DNA of 64,000 nt from Ostrea edulis (lineage: Eukaryota): positions 18,104,001 through 18,168,000 of the forward strand of contig NC_079164.1 of assembly GCF_947568905.1 (NCBI RefSeq). Reading direction: 5' to 3'. Of the stretch, positions 21,101 through 33,100 are shown in pieces. The translations under genes and the position numbers were made by a program. How positions within the stretch are numbered: the first letter of the stretch is position 1; each line of letters starts with the position of its first letter. Below the pieces are notes generated by a model. That model saw only the letters and a list, made by a program, of their open reading frames with translations. It did not search any database and had not been told where the DNA came from.

Positions 21101-24100
21101 TTCCACTGCCATGGCCAGTAATCCCATGCCCACAGGTCTGTCGGAGGCGTTTGACTTTTACATCGACAGTGTTCGCTTCATTCCTGACAACTCTTCTATG
21201 ATTAAGGTAAGAGTTTGAGTGAGCGAGGATTCAGACTAGCCATACTGCTATGTTTATATTTAAGCAGTCATAAGCAGGTATGCTTAGATGAAAACAATGA
21301 TAGCTGATAGACCATGGTACTGTGGTAATTGCCTATGAGAAATACCCGCTAACTTACTTAGTATGAACATTTGTCTTTGCTAAGGTGCATAACTTTTATT
21401 TCCAACAATGCAATCATAAAAGTATGTGGAATTTCTGTTGGCTTGTAATAGTTTTGAGTGAGAAAAACTCTCCAAATCCTCAGTAATGTTGCAAGCTTTA
21501 CCCACACTTGTTACTCTCTTTAGGTGACGGGGTTAATCAAAACTGCTAATGATGCCAAGCTTCTTCTGGCCTTACCTATGTTGACCAGCCAAGCCAGATC
21601 CCCCCAATTTGAATTTAAGCTGACAGTTAATGAACAGAACAAGAAGATGGATGCTGACATGGTGATTTTTCTCAGGGTGTACACAGAGAATGTGCTCACA
21701 GATAAAGTCTCTGTCATCGGTAGCTGTTTCGTTCCTGTGTTCAAGGTATGTGTTCATACTTCACTGATATTGTGTTAAAAAGGCCTGAAAGTCTGATTAT
21801 GCTTGTAATTGTTTCAGATACTGAGCATTATTATGCTTGGTATTTATTTCTGCTATGTCCACTGTCACATTAAATCTGCGGAATTTCATACCAGCAGACT
21901 TTAAGCATGTAAGCTATTTTCATGTAAGCCACATGCAACTCAGTGGAATTTCGTACTCGTGGACCAAACCCATGATAAACCGTGAAATTATGATTCCCAG
22001 GAACTGATATATCGACAGTGTTTCATTGATTTTGTCTGTATCTGTGTACACTGGTATTTCATTTTATGTAGTGTATTTGTTATGAACTGATTTAATGTAT
22101 GTGTATGTATGCATACATGTGTATGAAATGTCAACTCTTTTTATTTTGCATGTGTGTTTTAATTGTTAAGTGACTATGTCTGTTGTAGGAAGGAAAGTTA
22201 AATGTTGGGGGTCAGCAGCTGAGATTGAGGAATGGCATTCCTCCCACCAAGACAAAGAATGTAGCCACAGACCTGGACAGCTTTCCTGCCGTGCCAGCCT
22301 GTTCTATCCTAGTCAGACTGTTACCAACACAGCAGGTACTGTATATACTGAATATCTTAGGCAGAACGTTTATCTCTTAACTATACAAGTCAGTTTTCTA
22401 CCTGCATCAATAACTATTCTGGTCTGGCTTCTTAACAGCTCAATATATGATTTATAACTATTCTGGTCAGGCTTCCTAACAGCTCAATATATGATTTATA
22501 ACTATTCTGGTCAGGCCTCTTATCAGTTCAATATACAGTATGATTTATAACTTTTCTGGTCTGGCCTCTTATCAGTTCAATATATGATTTATAACTATTC
22601 TGGTCAGGCTTCTTATCAGCTCAATATATGATTTATAACTATTCTGGTCTGGCTTCCTAACAGCTCAATATATGATTTATAACTATCCTGGTCAGGCCTC
22701 TTATCAGTTCAATATATGATTTATAACTTTTCTGGTCTGGCCTCTTATCAGTTCAATATATGATTTATAACTATTCTGGTCAGGCCTTTTATCAGTTCAA
22801 TATATGATTTATAACTATTCTGGTCAGGCCTCTTATCAGTTCAATATACAGTATGATTTATAACTTTTCTGGTCTGGCCTCTTATCAGTTCAATATATGA
22901 TTTATAACTATTCTGGTCAGGCTTCTTATCAGCTCAATATATGATTTATAACTATTCTGGTCTGGCTTCCTAACAGCTCAATATATGATTTATAACTATT
23001 CTGGTCAGGCCTCTTATCAGTTCAATATATGATTTATAACTTTTCTGGTCTGGCCTCTTATCAGTTCAATATATGATTTATAACTATTCTGGTCAGGCCT
23101 CTTATCAGTTCAATATATGATTTATAACTATTCTGGTCTGGCCTCTTATCAGTTCAATATACAGTATGATTTATAACTTTTCTGGTCTGGCCTCTTATCA
23201 GTTCAATATATGATTTATAACTATTCTGGTCAGGCTTCTTATCAGCTCAATATATGATTTATAACTATTCTGGTCAGGCCTCTTATCAGTTCAATATATG
23301 ATTTATAACTATTCTGGTCAGGCTTTTTATCAGTTCAATATATGATTTATAACTTTTCTGGTCTGGCCTCTTATCAGTTCAATATATGATTTATAACTAT
23401 CCTGGTCTGGCATCTTATCAGTTCAATATATGATTTATAACTATTCTGGTCAGGCTTCTTATCAGTTCAATATATGATTTATAACTATTCTGCTCAGGCC
23501 TCTTATCTCCACTACAGGTTTCTCCTACATATAACAATGTACAGGAGCACCATATCTACGAATTTATGTCCACACAAAACTGTAAAACCTCAACAATCGA
23601 CAAGCCCCAGGAATTTAAATGATTTCACAGCATCCCAGTTTCAACATCATTTTGATAATTCATGGAAATGTTTTAGTCTCAAACTACATGTGGTTGTATT
23701 TTAACTGTATATAAGTGCTTTAATTTGTAGGGAGTAGTTCCAATACCGCCCTATTCCTCGGGTTACTATTTCTCGGAGCCAGCTCGTCCCACTGTTTCTG
23801 AACAGAGAGTATTCAGCAGCTATAAGGAGCATTATAATTATCCCCAGAATGTGAGGGAGATGATCCAGAGGATACAGCAGTCAAATGAGGTCCCAGTGGG
23901 TAAGGCAACATTTTGTGAGGTCCCAGTGGGTAAGGCAACATTTTGTGAGGTCCCAGTAGGTAAGGCAACATTTTGTGAGGTCCCGGTCGGTAAGGCAACC
24001 TTTTGTGAGGTCCCAGTCAGTAAGGCAACCTTTTGTAAGGTCTTGGTCAGTAAGGCAACTTTTTGTGAGGTCTTGGTCAGTAAGGCAATCTCTTGTGAGG

Positions 24101-27100
24101 TCCCGGTCAGTAAGGCAACATTTTGTGAGGTCCCAGTCAGTAAGGCAACATTTTGTGAGGCCCTGGTCAGTAAGGCAATATTTTGTGAGGTCCCAGTCAG
24201 TAAGGCAACATTTTATGAGGTCTTGGACAGTAAGGCAATATTTTGTGAGGTCCTGGTCAGTAAATCAACATTTTGTGAGGTCCCAGTCAATAAGGCAACA
24301 TTTTGTGAGGTCCTGGTCAGTAAATCAACATTTTGTGAAGTCCCTGTCAGTAAGGCAACATTCTGTGAGTTTCTGGTCAGTAAGGCAACATTTTGTGAGG
24401 TCCCGTTCAGTAAGGCAACATTTTGTGAGGCCCGTCAGTAAATCAACATTCTATGAGGTCCCAGTCAGTAAATCAACATTTTTGAGGTCCTGGTCAGTAA
24501 GGCAACATTTTATGAGGTCCCGGTCAGTAAGGCAACATTTTGTGAGGTCCCAGTCAGTAAGGCAACATTTTGTGAGGTCCCGGTCGGTAAGGCAACATTT
24601 TGTGAGGTCCCGGTCAGTAAGGCAACATTTTGTGACGTCCCAGTCAGTAAGGCAACATTTTGTGAGGTTCCAGTCAGTAAGGCAACATTTTGTGAGGTCC
24701 CAGTCAGTAAGGCAACATTTTGTGAGGTTCTGGTCAGTAAGGCAACATTTTGTGAGGTCCCAGTCAGTAAGGCAACATTTTGTGAGGTCCTGGTCTGTGA
24801 GGCATCAGTTTGTGAGGTTATGGTTGGTATGGCAACATGTAATGAGGACCCTATCAGTTAGGCAACATTTAATGAGGCAGTGGTTGATTAGGCAACATTT
24901 AAGGAGATCCAATCATTAAGGTAGTCTCTAATGAAGTTGATAACATAACATTTATAAAGGTCCTTGTTTGTACCCTAACATATGAGGAATGAAATCTAAA
25001 TGTATGCAGTCATTTTCAATAAAAGAGAACTGTAACAGCTTTTGTCCTTATTAGTGAAGTTTTGTATATACTAGTAGATTGCTGGAATTTGTCCATATAG
25101 AAGTGACTTGAAGCTGCCTGTCTGTATGATATTGGAGGAGTACTTCTAGCTAGCTGTCTGTATGACTCGGGAGGAGTACTTCTAACTAGCTGTCTGTATG
25201 ACTCGGGAGGAGTACTTCTAGCTAGCTGTCTGTATGACTCGGGAGGAGTACTTCTAGCTAGCTGTCTGTATGATATTGGAGGAGTACTTCTAACTAGCTG
25301 TCTGTATGACTCGGGAGGAGTACTTCTAGCTAGCTGTCTGTATGACTCGGGAGGAGTACATCTAGCTAGCTGTCTGTATGACTAGGGAGGAGTTCTTCTT
25401 TCAATGAATTTCTCTTCAGAGAAATAACAACTGAGTCAGATCATGTTAAGGTTTAGATAAAATGTCATTTTGGGTAGAAAGAATGTCAGAATTTACTGGA
25501 ATTTTAATTTTTTCTTTTAGATGAAAATGATGATGACTTATTGAAATATCTGCAAAGCCAGTTGGACATCAAGAGACTTGGACCCAAAGTTGTGGCGAAC
25601 AATCTGCCTCTCTCCAACATGGTTCGATATAGGGTCAAGATGGGACTCAACGCCAAGGTTGTCCAGGCCTACGGTCTTCCAGGTGATATGATAAAATTTG
25701 ACCATTGAAAAATGTACATGTAGAATGGAAAGTAGCTTTGTAATACAAAAAGATTTCATGTCTATGTGTCTGAGCTGAGGACTTCATTTTGGGAAATTAC
25801 TTGTATAATGTTTCTAACCCCTTTCCACGTCACTGTAGATGGGTACTATGTCCAGTGCTTTGTACGAGTTTCCCCTGGGGAAAAAGTTCTGACAATGGAA
25901 GAGACTCCAGAGGGTTATGGAAAGGAGGAAAAATTTGTGACCCTGAAGCATGACTACGATAGCTTTCAAACTGCTCCCAAGTTTCGTGATGATCCCAAAG
26001 TAAGATTTCACTGAGTACAGGAGAATTGGAATGTAGATAAAAGACGTGTATCCTACAATAAAAGTTTAATGAACAGAGACATACTGTATAGCGTGATTTT
26101 ATGACAGATATCAATTTTAGAGAGGTATTTTCATGCTCATAATTATACCCCACGCAACAGAGTTATGGAGGGTAGAATTTTGGTCCATCAGTCCCTTTCT
26201 TGTCAGTGCAACTCCTCTGAGACAGCTCCGCAAAATTTCGTGAAACTTTGTAGTTAAAGGACACATCGCATGTTTCTAAACTTTTTGAATTTTTCAGCAA
26301 AATTAATTCATTTCATGCCTAAAACTACTTTACATGTGTTTTAAATGAAACAGTTTGCGTAGTTTTCGAGTTTGAAAGCGATGAAATTCAAATCTTGTGA
26401 TATGCATATTTTCTTCGATATTTTACGCGCCATTATCTGTGACGTCATATGCGACCTCGAGCGAGAAGATTTGAAAACAGTTGTTAGCCATTTCATAAAC
26501 AGATTAGATTTAATTGACAAAAAACCCAATTATCACATTAACGGCTTGTAAATAAAACTGCATTAGGGTGTTTTGTGCCGTATAAGGATGCACTTGCTGT
26601 CAGTAGAGAGGATTTGGACTGTATTTTTTTCAATTTTCGAAGGAAGGTATGAGGGATAAGACGTGAATATTTTTTGTCGGCACAACGACTTTGCCATGAA
26701 AAAATCAGTAGAATCTGTCCCTGTACTTTTTCAAACAAGGACTTGGACAAAGACGTAGATAAACTGAGAGAAAATAGTTATATCGAAGCTACGCACTGTT
26801 ACATATAGGGCTACGGCATATGCTTTCCGTTCTGCTCTCAAATTTAATACACACTCGCACCAACTGACCTTCACCTTGTAACAACATATAGGCAGAACAT
26901 GTGCTCACGTTGTGTTGGTTTCCACCAACTGGTAGTTTTAAAAAAAGAAATTTAAAGATAAAAGATAATTGAACTTTCAATTATAAATAATAAAATATGA
27001 TATTTCCCAACTTTGAATGGAATTATATGCTTTCCTTTTTTTTAAGGAATGCGAACATAACAACAGCACGCCGTGCTCCCACTTCCTAAGTAACAACGTG

Positions 27101-30100
27101 TAGATTAAAAAAATAATGATTAATAAAATTGCTTGAATAAAATAATTTAAAAGTATTGTGATTTTCACTATAAATTTGATCATTTTTATTATTTTTTTTT
27201 TTTCGAAATGCACCCGTGACATCAGGCCTAGTTGTCAATGATACGTAATCGTATCATAATATAGGCCTATCTGTTATATGTCTATGGCCTATCTAACTTA
27301 TCCAAAAATAAATTTAATAATAATTGCATTGTTTATTTTAGAAAAGCAAGAACGCTAATTACAGTTGTTTAAAGAAATGCCATTACCAAATAGTGTTTAA
27401 ACAGCGATCCCATGTAAACATTATTTACTTGCAAATGCAGATTTCATACTCGCTTTCCTCGCTACATTTGGGTCGCTATTTGTATGCACTGGTGGCTAAA
27501 AGATATAAGACTCGGGAAATATGTCAACATCGAATTAAATGTTATCCATGTTAAATAAATTAGGCCCCTAAAACCCAGGTTTTAAAAAATATCTAACACT
27601 ACTTTTACAACAAGTTGACAGACGAAGGTCGCGTATGACGTCACTGTACCACGTGACTACCTATCTAATTAACTAGGCTTTTTGAAATCGGGGCTTAGAT
27701 TTAAATCCGTATTGTGGCCAATTATTGCAATACTTCAGCGAACGAACTATTACAATTAATTTCTATAAGCATAAGGAAGACAAAATGCATATAATTCTGT
27801 ATACTTTGAAAACACGAGATGTATCATTTAATAAGGACACACTGTGTAGATGAGCAGGAAATTCTGATACAATAATTTTTCTGGGAGTTGTGTCCCTTTT
27901 GGACTTAGAATTTTTATCCCATCTGTCCTGTCTTGCAGTAGCATTATCATTCATTATGTGAGGCATTGTCAAGCAGTGTTGGAGCGTGGGGTATGTGAGC
28001 TTCCTCACTTTTTCTTTTGATGATTTACTAGTAATTAGGATGTGTTTTATTAATTCAAAAGTGCTGAAAGTGTGTGATAATCAGTTTGATAATTTTGAAC
28101 CTATCTTCAAAAGAGGTTAAAATGAGCACCCCACCAAAAGCACCAGCCACATGAGGTTCATCATGTTTTACAGATTGTAATATCTTGAAATTGCTTGGTG
28201 AATGAAAGCGCTAAGATTTCAGAGTACTCTGAAAAAATTCTGCTAGATATCACCGACGGCGTAATTTCTGGATATACAGTAGTTTTATCTTCATTTGAAT
28301 TGCAATATATGTCACTTTCTTTTAATCTCTTCTAGTCGATGCACCCGTTTTATGACAATTATTCGTGTCTGATTATCCAAATCTTTGGATTGGACCTAAT
28401 TTACCGCATGAAACCAGAGCATGATGAACCAGGAACAGTGCACTCCATTAAGAATGGGGAGCTGGCTTTGGGAGATGAACAGATTCTGGCATGGACTGTG
28501 GTCCCCATGTTTGAAGGGTAAGGAGCTGTGATATACTGCAAACATACAGATAAAACAGGTCAAGAACACTTTATTCTGAAGAACAAATTTTTAACTGTGA
28601 GAGTAGAGGTTATCCATTGCTTTTATGACATGATATTAAATGTAACAAAGCAGCCAGATCAGGAATTGTGTTTATTGTTAAAATGCTACTGTATATTCCT
28701 ACAATACTTACTTAAACCTACTTCCGTAGGCAGTCTTGTAATGTAATGTAAGGTCTTGCCATAAAGTGATTCTCTCCTACAGTAATCACACAGTCCCACT
28801 CCTGCAGGTTGACATACTGCATAGAGCGATTCACTTCTTCATTAACTTGATAAATGTTCATAGAAAAAGAAAGGAGGGCATGGTTTGTATCAATGAATGT
28901 AATTTTCAGAAACTGTGTAGCCTCTGGAACACATGAAGTTCCTCTCTTCAAAGGAAAGCCACCTGCTGGTATTTTGGAAGAGTTTAGTCAAAGGAGTGCC
29001 AAAAATGTCATTCAAACGTGGAAGTGGGAGAAAACACAGAAGATGGTCAGTTACGATTCCACACTACCAATACTGCTTAGTTTGTTACCTGTCATTTGAA
29101 ATATCACCAGAAAGATTTTTTTTAGGTCACCTGAGTAAACTTCGGTGACCTATTACAATTGGTCTGTGTCCGTCGTCGTGTGTTAACAATTGAACATTTT
29201 TAACTTCTTGATAACTACCCTTCCAATTCTTTTCAATTTTGCTATGAAGCATCTTTGGGACATAAGGGACATAAATTGTAATTTTCAGGATTCCTGCACC
29301 CCCGGGGCCCTAGGGGCGGGGCAAAAACTGCTAAAGTTTTACCAATTTTCAAAAATCTTCTCTACAACCACACATGTATAAGAAAAACTAAAGGCATTGT
29401 GATGTAGAGCAGGAAGGCCTCTACCAAAGTAGTAAATTTCATGATCCCTGGGGTAGAGGTTCTGATCCCAGGGTGGGACCAAACTTGGTATAAAGTGTTT
29501 ATGTGTAAAACACTTAAATAACATCTTCTTTAGTGCTATTGATACTAAATTGAAACTACGATAAATGGATATTTAGAAAGAACAGGTAGTCCTTTTAATA
29601 CCAAAAACTAAATTTGATGATCCCAGGGGTAGAGGTTTTGGTATCGGGGTATGGCCAAAATGGTCAGTTATTAAATGTGTGAAAAATAGAACTGTTTTAA
29701 CTTCTTGATAACTACTTTTCCAATTCCTTTCAAATTTGGTATGAGGCATTTTTGGGACAAGGAGGACATTAATTGTAAATTGCAGGACTCCTGCACCCCT
29801 GAGGCCATAGGCAAAAACTGCTAAAAGGTTGACAAATTTTCAGAAAATCTTTTTCTCTACAACTGCATATATTTAAGAAAAACTAAATGTATAGTGATAT
29901 AGAGCAGGAAGGCCTCTACCAAAATTGTAGATTTCATGATCCCCGTGGTAGATGTTCTGACCCCAGGGTGGGGCCAAACTTGGTATACAGTACCAACCAG
30001 ACCCAACCTGACAGAAAGCAGTCCCAGAGCAGTCCGGGGAAGTGCTTTCTGGGACTGCTGAGCAGTCCCACTCAGCAGTCCCACACCAGTCCCAGGTCAG

Positions 30101-33100
30101 TCCTGCACCAGTCCTAGGGCAGTCCCGCACCAGTCCCAGGTCAGTCCTGCACCAGTCCCAGGGCAGTCCCGCACCAGTCCCAGGGCAGTCCCACACCAGT
30201 CCCAGGTCAGTCCTGCACCAGTCCCAGGGCAGTCCCGCACCAGTCCCAGGGCAGTCCTGCACCAGTCCTAGGGCAGTCCCGCACCAGTCCCAGGGCAGTC
30301 CCGCACCAGTCCCAGGTCAGTCCCGCACCAGTCCTAGGGCAGTCCCGCACCAGTCCCAATGGTCCCAGCAGTCCCAGTAAGCGGGGTTAAAATAACTAGC
30401 GGGAGGAGATAAACCGACAGTGAGATTATCAATAAACATTGTCGATAATTGCTGGAGAGCGTCAATACGGTAGTCGAAATCGAAGATAAATGACTTACAA
30501 TGTAATTAGAGAGAAAAACAATGCATTATACATGAAAACAGCACATACATTTTATTCAGAATACCTGTGTGACACTTTTTCATGAATTTATAACAAAATG
30601 ATAGTTTATGAATATGAGTGAAAAAAGATACATGCAGAGTCTATAAGTCTGATAACCACAATTTCACAATGTAAAATCATTATTTTCTCTGTTTATGGAT
30701 TCACATATTTGGGAATTATTCAGTCCATTATCTTTCATCAAAATTATCAGCCGCCGAATGTAGGGAGATATTCTTGTTATTTTATTTCCATCCATTATTT
30801 TCTCAAGTTGTCTAGTGAAAGTGCGTCAGTAAGCGGTGAAAAAAACTACTGAAGTGATTTGCGTATATTCTGAATACACAGTGGCGGGGGTTTCTTGTCT
30901 ATTATAACATCACGTGATTCATTCACGCTTGGCTGAACAAAGCAGTCCCAGAAAGCAGTCCCGGGGACTGCTGGGACTGCTTTCTAGAGCAGTCTCAGGG
31001 CAGTCCCAGAGCAGTCCCACTTTTTCAGAGAGCAGTCCCCGGGACTGCTTTCTGGGACTGCTTGGGTGTCAGGTTGGGTCTGGTTGGTACTGTATATAGT
31101 TTATATGTGCAGAACATGTAAGTGATATCTGCTTAAAATGTTATTGATACTAAATTAAAACTAAATGGATATTTAGATGGAGTAGGTAGTTCTTTACCAA
31201 AATTATAAATTTCATTATCCTGGGGGTAAGGGTTTGTTTTTAGGGTGGAGCCAAAATCATTACAGTGATTATTGTCTTTATCATTGGAAGGACTTCTCTA
31301 TGAGTTTACTGACACAGTATGCATATTTAGGAAAAGCAGAAAAGGACGTACAAAAAAATGGTGAACTTCGTAACCCCCAGGGTTTTGACTTTAGGGTGGG
31401 TCCAAATTAGTGATATCATTTACTGATAATACATATATCATATTTTTATCAGTATATGCACTTTTGAGGACATTGAAGTTTTAAGAAGACCACTTATTTT
31501 GTTCTGTTACAGAATATTAGAATTTGGCTTTAAATAGATATTCAGAACAGGAATTTTTTTCTATATTTTTAGCCCTTGGGAGTAGTGATACTTTAACAAG
31601 TATTCAGGTGACCAATAAGGACTGTGGGCCTCTTGTTGTAACTGTTCACACAGTTTATGGACCCTCCTCCCCTCCTCAAAGTATTATCTTCTCGTTGAAT
31701 TCATATCATAATTCTTAAATAATTTACTTTATCTGTGTTGTTGATACAGAACATATCTCTTAACATACATGTACATTGTATATTGTCACCTATATTTACA
31801 CCTGCTGAGTGTTAAATACATGTAACTGTTTATATGTTAGCCAATATGCTTATTGCATAAGGAATGAAGAATTGATTTGAAGTATCTAGGTTATCTGGCA
31901 AAGGACTATGAGCTAAGGCTAATATCTACCTTTAAAGCAACAATTAATATTAGTCTTTTGATAAATTGCTCTAAAGATACTTCATGCTTCAACATCATCA
32001 TGATACCATCCAATCTGATCCCCTCCAATCGGAGCCTCATTTTACACATTGTGTCAATACAATATATTCTACATGTACATATTACTTACTTTGATACTTA
32101 CAATATATTTATACTGTACTTACAGCCCAATGCTAGTATGACTGTGTTACTGTGGGATGGACATTTTGAGCTAGAGGAATTGCCTGAGAAATCTGTATGT
32201 ACCTGTCTATTGATGTGTTAAGACTTATTCTATTTATAGCCTTGTATTGTATTTTACCTTTGATTGTCTATAAGGGAAGCTTAGTTTACACACAGTATTT
32301 ATATCATGAACTACAATGTGATGTTGCTGTGTCCGTACGTTTGTTGTCTGTCAAGTTCCCCAGTACATCTGGGCCTTTTTCTGCCAATTAAGCACAAAGC
32401 ATCCTCTGGTAACGGGGATTCATTTTTGTTTTTCGAGCATATGGCCACATTCCTATTTTATAGGGGAGATACATGTAGTTAAGAAATAGTGAAGAAAGTG
32501 TAGGTTCACATTTGTTTTCTAGACCACTTGGGCCAGAGTATGTACACGTAGAGCGTACATGTGTACAGTTTACCTAAATGGTTTTTCCCAATTTCCATAA
32601 ACTGCAAACACTCTGATCAGTAAATCATAGAGTATAAGCATTCATGCATGAGACAGGAGAAATATTCTCCACTGGTATTTCCCCTGACTGAGGACATGTG
32701 AAGTGTGTCCTAGTCTGTAAATAATGGCTTGAGAATGTGCTTACTGTAGGAATACAAATTATGTTGTTTATTTGTCAGAATAAAGAGAAAAAATATTTTT
32801 TTTTGTAAGCACACACCTCTATTCTTCACAGATCTTTAGGTTTACTCATTAAATTGAACCATTATTTGTTCTTTACAGACCTTTAATTACTTATTGGAGG
32901 CTGCAGGCACTCAGTCCACATATCAGCAGGGGAGGAAACCGCCACCAAAAACTGCCAAGAAGATCTCAAACTTTGTGGTGGATAATCTAGAACAAAAGCA
33001 CAAGAAGCTTGGGACCAACAGTTCAGTGTACACCACCGAACAGAAATATTTTGATGATCTTATCACAAAAACCTTCTACAATCTCATGGTACGTGTCACA

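Noticed and set aside
23975-24919. 314-aa ORF of (RSRSVRQHFV)n, superficially an SR-like protein
   Set aside because: An alternative frame of the 30-bp repeat with no ATG context or unique domain, and not in phase with the host exon.
29873-30380. ORFs of 112-129 aa with PHQSQ/WDWC repeats
   Set aside because: Products of the 22-bp array inside the TA-flanked element.
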